Assembly (NCBI RefSeq): GCF_001194135.2
Contig: NC_068985.1
Location: 96,023,419 to 96,081,931 of the forward strand
DNA from: Octopus bimaculoides
Taxonomy: Eukaryota
Length of the DNA stretch: 58,513 bases
Reading direction: 5' to 3'
Numbering within the stretch: position 1 is the stretch's first letter; each line of letters starts with the position of its first letter. This document shows positions 35,379 through 45,127 of the stretch, in pieces. The notes under the pieces are model-generated. The model searched no databases, was not told the DNA's origin, and saw only the letters and a program-made list of their open reading frames with translations. Both the position numbers and the translations under genes were made by a program.

Positions 35379-36020
35379 GTGTACGTACACACACACGCAC
35401 CAGCATAGAAGCCAAATGTTAAATGATGGTGATATATGATGGGCTTCTAACAGTTTCTATGTACCAAATTCATTACCTATGGACCCCTTTGGTTACTATT
35501 TTATTCTGGTGGACCCCTAGAGCCATTCATTGTTTAAAAACTAGTTTTATAGAAAGTTCTTTCAAAATTCCTATCTTGTTTTTCACACATTAACTTGTCG
35601 AAGTTGAAATATGCAAAATGTTAGAATACAAAACTAAGCTGTTTCTTGCAATAAATACATCTAAATCAAAAATTTTTTCATGGGCCCTTAATATACTAGT
35701 GTGGGTCCCTAATTCACTATTTTGCTTGTAAGGACCTCCAAAAATCTTATACAGAAAGGGATCATATGGTCCCTGGTTGAGAACTACTGCTCTACACAGT
35801 CACTAGACATTGCCAGAAATAGCAACCAGATCTTTATCATCCCACACTCTTCCTTAATAAGGTAAGAACATATGCATTAGATAATATATCACCCTAGGTA
35901 GACTGTGTCGAGATCAGACGAGATGGCATGGGCATTGCTTGAATGTTTTTGATCAAAGTACTGCTAGCTCAGAACAACAACAACTATAACAACAAATACA
36001 CAAAACATGTAACACTTTAC

Positions 36021-36069
36021 CTGGTCTTCCTGACTGTGTGGTCTTGGTTGGTCCTCTCTTATGTCTGTG
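36021..36069 (-). CDS. Ig-superfamily membrane protein, 49-nt cytoplasmic exon (TDIREDQPRPHSQEDQ)
   Basis: Acceptor caccattgcag and donor CAG|gtaaag. Phase 2 to 0, open frame. Confidence 0.7.
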
Positions 36070-36331
36070 CTGCAATGGTGAATGTTGATTTGTCAAAAAT
36101 TATTCACATATGACCAAAGAGAATAAATAAAAAAATCAGAAATATTATATAGAGATATGTGACATATTAGGCGCTGTGTGGTAAGTAGCTTGCTTACCAA
36201 CCACATAGTTCCAGGTTCAGTCCCACTGCGTGGCACCTTGGGCAAGTGTCTTCTACTATAGCCTCAGGCCGACCAAAGCCTTGTGAGTGGATTTGGTAGA
36301 CGGACACTGAAAGAAGCCCGTCGTATATATG

Positions 36332-36368
<37 letters not shown>

Positions 36369-37469
36369 NNNNNNNNNNNNNNNNNNNNNNNNNNNNNNNN
36401 NNNNNNNNNNNNNNNNNNNNNNNNNNNNNNNNNNNNNNNNNNNNNNNNNNNNNNNNNNNNNNNNNNNNNNNNNNNNNNNNNNNNNNNNNNNNNNNNNNNN
36501 NNNNNNNNNNNNNNNNNNNNNNNNNNNNNNNNNNNNNNNNNNNNNNNNNNNNNNNNNNNNNNNNNNNNNNNNNNNNNNNNNNNNNNNNNNNNNNNNNNNN
36601 NNNNNNNNNNNNNNNNNNNNNNNNNNNNNNNNNNNNNNNNNNNNNNNNNNNNNNNNNNNNNNNNNNNNNNNNNNNNNNNNNNNNNNNNNNNNNNNNNNNN
36701 NNNNNNNNNNNNNNNNNNNNNNNNNNNNNNNNNNNNNNNNNNNNNNNNNNNNNNNNNNNNNNNNNNNNNNNNNNNNNNNNNNNNNNNNNNNNNNNNNNNN
36801 NNNNNNNNNNNNNNNNNNNNNNNNNNNNNNNNNNNNNNNNNNNNNNNNNNNNNNNNNNNNNNNNNNNNNNNNNNNNNNNNNNNNNNNNNNNNNNNNNNNN
36901 NNNNNNNNNNNNNNNNNNNNNNNNNNNNNNNNNNNNNNNNNNNNNNNNNNNNNNNNNNNNNNNNNNNNNNNNGTCCTATTACAGGCATCTCTGTATTTTA
37001 AATGAATAATACATAGTCTATTGACTGTTTTTTACCCTCGCTAGACCACTGGTGGTAAATAAAATTTCTAAAATTTTTTTGCTACCCAGTATTTTATTGA
37101 TATATATATATATATATATGTATATATATGTGTGTGTGCTTGTCCCCCGATCATCGCTTGACAACTGATGCTGGTGTGTTTACATCCCCGTAACTTTGCG
37201 GTTTGGAAAAAAGAGATCGATAGAATAAGTACTAGGCTTCCAAAGAATAAGTCCTGGGGTTGATTTGCTCGACTAAAGGCGGTGCTCCAGCATGGCCGCA
37301 GTCAAATGACTGAAACGAGTAAAAGAGAGTAAAGAGTATGTTAATTCTTTAAATACAAATCCTTGATTAGTAAATTAAATTGATTGCCTGGTTAAACACC
37401 ATCATCTTGGGACCACAACCATTTAGACCTGGCCTCCAACAGGAGGATAATTTCCATCCTTCCTTCACA

Positions 37470-37692
37470 CCTGGCGAAATGCTTAGCAGAAACATTAGCA
37501 CACTGGGTGAAATGCTTAGCGGTATTTCGTTTGTCGTTACGTTCTGAGTTCAAATTCCGCCGAGGTCGACTTTGCCTTTCATCCTTTTGGAGTCGATAGA
37601 TTAAGTACCAGTTGCATACTGGGGTTGATCTAATTGACTGCTCCCCTCCCCCCAAATTTCAGGCCTTGTGCCTAGAGTAGAAAAGAATATTA
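37470..37692 (+). mobile_element. SINE family B (well preserved)
   Basis: aaatgcttagcggtatttcg...gaggtcgactttgcctttcatcc...ggccttgtgcctagagtagaaaag. Confidence 0.8.
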
Positions 37693-37884
37693 ATAACACA
37701 ATCTAATTCTGTTAAGGTTTGAATTTATCACCTATATATTGGTAATGCATCGTTTCTATCTACAAAAGTGGTTGACAGACCACATCAGGGTCACCAATCT
37801 GAATGATGTCCACCTCATAGTGTGATCTTTCTGTGGAAGACCAATACATGAGTTATAGATCTTAAGAGAAAATAGAAGACTTAC

Positions 37885-37906
37885 ACATTGTCCGTGTCTT
37901 TTCCAC
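37885..37906 (-). CDS. Ig-superfamily membrane protein, 22-nt micro-exon (GGKDTDNV)
   Basis: Acceptor ttttattttccag and donor |gtaagt. Phase 1 to 2 bridges the TM exon and the 49-nt exon exactly. Confidence 0.65.
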
Positions 37907-38345
37907 CTGGAAAATAAAATAATACAAATGTTATGAATCAGGATAAATAACTTGGGTGTGAAAAAGCTTATTTATGATTTTTAATGGCAATTCCTTTCCC
38001 ATGGCTACAAGTGTATTCTGGGAGCAGCAGCAGGAGAGAAATCGAGTTGGGGTATCAAACCAGATTATCAATATTGCATCATATCAAGGTGGTAAGCTCG
38101 CAGAATCATTACCATGCCAGGCAAAATGCTTGGTAACATTATGTACATCTTTACGTTCTGAGTTCAAATTCTGCTGAGGCTGACTTTGCCTTTCATCCTT
38201 TCGGAGTTGGTACAATAAGTACCAGTTGAGTACTGGGGTCCATGTAATTGATTCAACCCCTTCTTCTGAAGTTGCTGGTCATGTACTAAATTGTGAAACC
38301 AATATTACATCATATCTAAAGATAACGAGCTGACAGGAAAAATGC

Positions 38346-38571
38346 TTAACCCTTTCGTTACTGTATTTCTCTTGAGATGCTCTGTTTCTTTCAATTAATT
38401 TTAAATAAAACAATGAATTTAGTAAAATAACTTTATTATCATTAAGCTAGTGTTAGGAAAATAAATTGTGACTAAGGTTTGGTGGAAGATTTTAATTCAA
38501 AACTTATGAAAGCAAGACATTTGTACTACAGAGCTAGAGGCAGTTTCAGCCGGGTTGGTATCAAGAGTTAA
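38346..38571 (+). mobile_element. piggyBac-like MITE copy 1
   Basis: TTAA-ccctttcgttac...ggtatcaagag-TTAA. Confidence 0.75.
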
Positions 38572-38593
38572 GAATTGTTTCTATTATATATAT

Positions 38594-38823
38594 TTAACCC
38601 TTTTGTTACCATATTTCTGTTGAGATGCTCTGTGTTTCTTTCAATTAATTTAAAATAAAACAAAGAATTTAGTAAAATAACTTAGTTATCATTAAGCTAG
38701 TGTTAGGAACATAAATTGTGACTAAGGTTTGGTGGAAGATTTTAATTCAAAACTTATGAAAGCAAGACATTTGTACTACAGAACCAGAGATGGTTTCAGC
38801 CAGGTTGGTATCGAAAGGGCTAA
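38594..38823 (+). mobile_element. piggyBac-like MITE copy 2
   Basis: TTAA-cccttttgttacc...ggtatcgaaaggg-CTAA. Confidence 0.75.
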
Positions 38824-38835
38824 ATTAATAATTTC

Positions 38836-39058
38836 TTAACCCTTTTGTTACCATATTTCTGTTGAGATTCTCTGGGTTTCTTTCAAATAATTCTAAATAT
38901 AACAAAGAATTTAGTAAAATAAGTTAGTCACAATTTATGTTCCTAGCACTAGCTTAATGATAACCAAGGTTTGGTGGAAGATTTTAATTCAGAAAACAAG
39001 ACATTTGTACTACAGAGCCAGAGGTGGTTTCAAGCTGGGTTGGTATCAAAAGGGTTAA
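38836..39058 (+). mobile_element. piggyBac-like MITE copy 3
   Basis: TTAA-cccttttgttacc...ggtatcaaaaggg-TTAA. Confidence 0.75.
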
Positions 39059-39291
39059 TGGCATTTCGTCCATCTTTATGTTCTGAGTTCAAAACTCTGT
39101 TGAGGTCAACTTTGTCTTTCATCCTTTTGGGGTCAATAAAACAAGAACCGGTTGATCACTGGGGTGAATGTAATCAACCTCAAAATTGTTGACCTTCTAC
39201 CAAAATGTGAAGCTCAACATTTAGAGATCAAACCTCATCACTTCTTTCAAAAATTTCTGTGGTTTATTTTTTTTATTAAAATGACATTTAC

Positions 39292-39447
39292 CTTTCCATA
39301 GCCAAGGACAGATTCTCTGGAAATATTCCAAAACAACTTGTTTAGACTGAACACCATAGTATATTCCAGTTGTCAGAAGAACTATAATGGCTATAAAACC
39401 AATAATAGTCCCAACAAAAATTGCAGCATAAGAAACAGTGTTGGCAT
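39292..39447 (-). CDS. Ig-superfamily membrane protein, transmembrane exon (ANTVSYAAIFVGTIIGFIAIIVLLTTGIYYGVQSKQ...PWLWK)
   Basis: Acceptor ttttcttcag and donor AAG|gtaaat. Phase 1 to 1, with a ~23-residue hydrophobic helix. Confidence 0.85.
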
Positions 39448-40314
39448 CTGAAGAAAACAATGCGAAAGAGAAAGGGATTTTGGTAAACAGAAAGTAGAGC
39501 TTATATAGTATGGTCAGTCATAGTCAGGGGTGTAGCTAGGGTGGGGCAAGCAGGGCACATACCCTGGGTGCCACTTTGTGTGGGGTGCAGTTTTGGCAAA
39601 GATCATTTTCTAATTAAGCCTTTTCTATGCGAATTTCCACTTTTTGGGTGGTGGTGGTCGTGGTGGGATGTGTGTGTGTGTGCAATTTTAAGCTTTAATA
39701 ACTACCATGGTTGGCTACTATCCCTGATGATTATGACCAATGACTATGGCTGACCGCTAGGAGCAACCACTCTCATTGACTACTATAATTGACCATTAAC
39801 ATGACTGCTATGACCAATTCAATTGACCATGGTTGCTGGTCATTATGAATAATTACAACTCACCACTATCATTGACCACTACAACCAACGACCAAGACTG
39901 ACTACAAATGACTTCTGAGTGATAACTGAATGACCACTTTAAACATGTATGTCACAGTACCTACCATTACATTCCATTTTACCATACCATCATAGCAAAC
40001 CATCCCACACCAGTCCATCTTATCAACATAATGCTTAACATACCATACTACCATATCATACCAGACACACAGCTGATGTTAGATACAGAGAGGGCCTAGG
40101 GTCCCTCTTAACCCTCCACCCTCACAACTAGAATGATAAACACCCTTTACTCAAAGACTGTTGGCTTTAGCTCAGTCTGCCAAGCCTATAGGTCAATTCA
40201 GTACTGACCATACAATTCCTTATACCATACCATTTTACCATCATACCATTACATATTATATCTTTGTAATATTTACTTATATTGAAATCATTATCTCCTC
40301 TAGCATGCACTTAC

Positions 40315-40350
40315 TTTCAACTGGATATGTTGTATTCTTGATTCCAAGAC
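40315..40350 (-). CDS. Ig-superfamily membrane protein, 36-nt stalk exon (GLGIKNTTYPVE)
   Basis: Acceptor tctgcatttcag and donor AAA|gtaagt. Symmetric phase 1 to 1, open frame, NTT sequon. Not in the supplied ORF track. Confidence 0.7.
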
Positions 40351-41123
40351 CTGAAATGCAGAAATCAAAAGAATTAGTGGAATCATCATCATCATCATCA
40401 TCACTTTATATTTCCACCACCTGACCATCTTAATTATTAATGTCATTACAATCACTTCATTTTAACCATTAATGTCAACACCATCACCCCCACCTCCACT
40501 GTAATTACAACCTGACCATCTTAACTATTCGTGCAACAGCTACCATCACTGCCATTATTCCTTCACCACTGTCACAACCACCACCACCACCACCACCACC
40601 ATTGTCCCAGTTATCACTGCCATCTTTCTAATGTAGACCATTAATGTCAGCACCATGGACACTCCAACTATCGGCCCATCTCCACCACTATCCCCGTCAC
40701 TAGCAGCAGCACCACCACCACCCACATCATTATGGCCATTTTAAATGCTAAAGGGCTAAGATCAGTCCTAATCAGACTTTCCAGCCAGGACCATCTCTTC
40801 GTTTTTTTGTTTTTTTTCAGTCACTGCATCTAGGACCATGTTAGTCGAAATGTTTTCATGCTTTAAAATGGCAAGGTATGACTTAGGAGCCATTTGGCTG
40901 TTGTTTCTAGCAGAGCAAGTGACTATGTAGAGGCTTCTCTGCTATCTGAGAGGGAAGATATTTTAAGTAAGAGACATCAATTATCATAAACCAATTAAAC
41001 GCTAGAACTGTGTGACTAATTATACAATTTTGTTTGTTCTTTAAAAGATGACACTATAAAGAGCCCTAGATCATTTTGTCACTGAAATTTCAGTTGACTT
41101 GAACAAGTTTTTCCACTACTTAC

Positions 41124-41468
41124 CTAACACCTCTATTCTTTGAGCCAGGTTGATTTCTTTGTGTGCCATCGGACTAACAATCTCACAGCGGAACATCAAA
41201 CCAAGGTCCCAGACATTTGTCTTGTATACAATGACACTTGATCCTGACACCTGGCAGTTGTCCGTCTCCTCTGCGATGCTATCAATCTGTTTACCAAAAT
41301 ATTCTTGGAACACGTTGATGGTTTGGCGGTAGAATGACCATCGGAATCGACCATTTGGTTTGCCCAGTTTACCAGAGCATGTCAGAGAAATTTCCGTATT
41401 TTGCCAAACAGTCCAATCTGAGTGAAATGCATCAGAATAAATATTCAAAGATTCTATGAACGGTTTGG
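41124..41468 (-). CDS. Ig-superfamily membrane protein, Ig domain 2 (C2/I-like)
   Basis: Acceptor attatttcag and donor TAG|gtaagt. 345 nt, phase 1 to 1. Motifs LTCSGKLGKPNGRFRW and DLGLMFRCEI. Confidence 0.9.
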
Positions 41469-41744
41469 CTGAAATAATCACAGAAAAATAATCGATTAAC
41501 CATTTATATCAAGATATTGATTTCAGATTTTGCTTCAAGGACAGCAATTTTGCGGGAGGGGATAAATTGATTACATTGACCCCAGTGCTCAACTGGTACT
41601 TATTCTTTGTAAGCCTAGTACTTATTCTGTCGGTCTCTTTTGCTGAACTGCTATGTTGCGGGTATGTAAACATACCAACATCGATTGTCAAGGGATGACA
41701 AACACAGACATACAAATATATACATATATACCGTGTGACTGACC

Positions 41745-41935
41745 CTCTTTCCGGTGGCACGTAAAAGCACCCACTACACTCTCGGAGTGGTTGGTGTTAG
41801 GAAGGGAATTTCAGCTGTAGAAACTCTGCCAGATCAGATTGGAGCCTGGTGTAGCCTTTTGGCTTGCCAGTCCTCAGTCAAATCGTCCAACCCATGCTAG
41901 CATGGAAAGCGAACGTTAATCGATGATGATGATGA
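41745..41935 (+). mobile_element. Family E short retroelement
   Basis: ggtggcacgtaaaagcacccactacactctcggag...gatgatgatgatg. Confidence 0.75.
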
Positions 41936-42664
41936 CATATATATATATATCTACTATAATACTACTCTCGTGTTTTTCTCTGTCACAACACATGAATGAG
42001 AAAGGAAGGGGTGATAGATGAATAAGGAAGGAAGGGGTGATGGCAAACTGGTGGTAGGAGTGTTTCAACTCTATGAGTATATGTGTGTGTATGTAAAAGG
42101 GAGATATGTGAATGTGTGTGTGTGTGTGTGCGCAATGGAAGTGGAATGGTGAACATTCAATGCTGAAAAAAGAAAAATCAAACAGCGTTTCAACTCTGTG
42201 TGAGTATATGTGTGTGTTCGTGTACAAGGGAAGTATCTGAATGGATGTGTGAACCAGCATTCTTTCAGTAACAAACAATGATCGATGTCACATCTCAAAA
42301 GACAACCATTCGATAATATTGACAAGTGTATTAATTTGAATTACCATTCATTTTTATATATAAAATACAATTAGCCATCATTTTTGACAGTACAGGGCCA
42401 GCTAGTATCCACTTACAAGGCTTTGGTTGGCCTGAGGCTATAGTTGAAGACACTTACTCATGGTGCCATGTAGTGGGATTGAACCCACAACCATGTGGTT
42501 GGGAAGCAATCTTCTTACCTTAATTCTAAAAATATAATGGGATTTTTTTTTTTTTTAAACATGAAATTGTTATGGGGTTCTGAGGAAAATAGGGATCAAA
42601 GGGGTTTGCAGGTAGTGCAATGCTTATTTTATTTTTCTAAATTCCTCAATTTTATTGTTCTTAC

Positions 42665-43021
42665 CTTCTAAAATAGTATTTTCTGTCTGTGACTGAAAAG
42701 TTCCATAAGACGTTTGCATAGAACAGGAATAAACTCTTTGGTCAGAACATCGAGCTGGTGCCATTAATAATTCAACAACTGTATTGTCATCACTGGGACG
42801 GGATACTTCCACATGATGCTGAAGCTGTTGGTCAAGCCATGTGGTTCGGTTCTTCTCAATGTTCACCAAAAGAGTCCGTTCACCATTTTTAGCATTGGCA
42901 GCAAAGAATAAGATGCTGTAAATGTTGATGTTGTCTGGGAAAGAATTGACCAAACCTTGGCAGCGAACTGTCAATGTGTCTTCACCAATAACGGGTTTCT
43001 CGGGCAGAACAGAAAGTTCCA
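42665..43021 (-). CDS. Ig-superfamily membrane protein, Ig domain 1 (V-like)
   Basis: Acceptor ttttgtcttagttacag and donor AAG|gtaaga. 357 nt, phase 1 to 1. Motifs LTVRC and ARCSDQRVYSC (DxxxYxC). Confidence 0.9.
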
Positions 43022-43298
43022 CTGTAACTAAGACAAAAGGAATTGTAACATTTATTTCTTGTACAACAACATTGTTTTAAAAAGGATTAAGGATTAGAAA
43101 ATATTGGTGAAAGAAATGCTATGAGAAGTTCTGTAATTATTTCTATAAGCGTAAGAGTGGCTGTGTGGTAAGTAGCTTGCAATGGCTCCATGACTACTGT
43201 TTTGGCTATAACCTTGGAGCCCCAGTAATCTGTTACAGTACTTACCTTGCGTACCTGATCATTTAGATCACCTGTGAATTAAACCCCCATACTTTGTG

Positions 43299-43392
<94 letters not shown>

Positions 43393-44507
43393 NNNNNNNN
43401 NNNNNNNNNNNNNNNNNNNNNNNNNNNNNNNNNNNNNNNNNNNNNNNNNNNNNNNNNNNNNNNNNNNNNNNNNNNNNNNNNNNNNNNNNNNNNNNNNNNN
43501 NNNNNNNNNNNNNNNNNNNNNNNNNNNNNNNNNNNNNNNNNNNNNNNNNNNNNNNNNNNNNNNNNNNNNNNNNNNNNNNNNNNNNNNNNNNNNNNNNNNN
43601 NNNNNNNNNNNNNNNNNNNNNNNNNNNNNNNNNNNNNNNNNNNNNNNNNNNNNNNNNNNNNNNNNNNNNNNNNNNNNNNNNNNNNNNNNNNNNNNNNNNN
43701 NNNNNNNNNNNNNNNNNNNNNNNNNNNNNNNNNNNNNNNNNNNNNNNNNNNNNNNNNNNNNNNNNNNNNNNNNNNNNNNNNNNNNNNNNNNNNNNNNNNN
43801 NNNNNNNNNNNNNNNNNNNNNNNNNNNNNNNNNNNNNNNNNNNNNNNNNNNNNNNNNNNNNNNNNNNNNNNNNNNNNNNNNNNNNNNNNNNNNNNNNNNN
43901 NNNNNNNNNNNNNNNNNNNNNNNNNNNNNNNNNNNNNNNNNNNNNNNNNNNNNNNNNNNNNNNNNNNNNNNNNNNNNNNNNNNNNNNNNNNNNNNNNNNN
44001 NNNNNNNNNNNNNNNNNNNNNNNNNNNNNNNNNNNNNNNNNNNNNNNNNNNNNNNNNNNNNNNNNNNNNNNNNNNNNNNNNNNNNNNNNNNNNNNNNNNN
44101 NNNNNNNNNNNNNNNNNNNNNNNNNNNNNNNNNNNNNNNNNNNNNNNNNNNNNNNNNNNNNNNNNNNNNNNNNNNNNNNNNNNNNNNNNNNNNNNNNNNN
44201 NNNNNNNNNNNNNNNNNNNNNNNNNNNNNNNNNNNNNNNNNNNNNNNNNNNNNNNNNNNNNNNNNNNNNNNNNNNNNNNNNNNNNNNNNNNNNNNNNNNN
44301 NNNNNNNNNNNNNNNNNNNNNNNNNNNNNNNNNNNNNNNNNNNNNNNNNNNNNNNNNNNNNNNNNNNNNNNNNNNNNNNNNNNNNNNNNATAGGTCACAA
44401 CCAACCAAAGTGAGTGAATTTGGTCAGCAGAAACAGAAAGAAGCCTGTAGAGTGTGTTGGGGGTGTAGGTGTGTCCTGTTTTCAATTAATATATCTTTCC
44501 ATTTTAG

Positions 44508-44731
44508 GGCGGTGAGCTGGCAGAAACGTTAGCGCGCCGGGTGAAATGCCTAGCGTATTTTGTCTGCTGTTATGTTCTGAGTTCAAATTCTGCTGATGTT
44601 GACTTTGTCTTTTATCTTTTTGGGGGTCGATGAAATAAGTACCAGTTATGCACTGGAGTTGATGTAATAGACTTAATCCCTCTGTCCTTGTTTGTCCCCT
44701 CTGTTTAGCCCCCTGTGGGCAATAAAGAAAT
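44508..44731 (+). mobile_element. SINE family B
   Basis: ggcggtgagctggcagaaacgttagcgcgccgggtgaaatg... Confidence 0.8.
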
Positions 44732-45066
44732 AAATATATCTTTCCATATTTAAGATGGTATTGTGTGATTTGAGGGAAATTTTATCTTATTTCTAACAGA
44801 TCAAGCAAACATGTCCGTCCTCCTACATTGACTCTTCATTTTATTGTTTTATTGGCAGTGAAATCTTCATTGAGGAATGAAGTCAGTGGATTTGTGTTTT
44901 TGTATCAGTGGTTTGGAATATTGTCTCATGTGAATCAGAGTCTGCCCAGACAGGTGGGAAAGTGGGATGGAGAGGGTTTTAGAGATGATTTGATGAGAGG
45001 TGGGAGGAAATCAGCATTTAATCTGAAAATTATGAATGTCTACACTTGGTGTGAAGACGTGAGAAG

Positions 45067-45127
45067 TGATGGAATTCCAGAAGATATCCTCATCATGATG
45101 ATGAGGATATCTTCTGGAATTCCATCA
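45067..45127. repeat. Perfect 29-bp-arm hairpin with a 3-nt loop
   Basis: tgatggaattccagaagatatcctcatca-tga-tgatgaggatatcttctggaattccatca. Confidence 0.95.

Noticed and set aside
39221-39460. Treating the 79-aa ORF as the terminal exon
   Set aside because: An AAG|gtaaat donor at 39292 and three downstream phase-matched exons fit better. It is kept only as a possible read-through isoform.
43246-43271. 26-nt exon-like segment (cacag|...AAG|gtaagt) just upstream of Ig1
   Set aside because: Its only open frame ends in phase 0, while Ig1 needs phase 1, and the phase-compatible frame has stops. It could only be non-coding or non-productive.
43263-44532. ORFs of 365-412 aa
   Set aside because: They are translations of a 998-N gap plus (CA)n.
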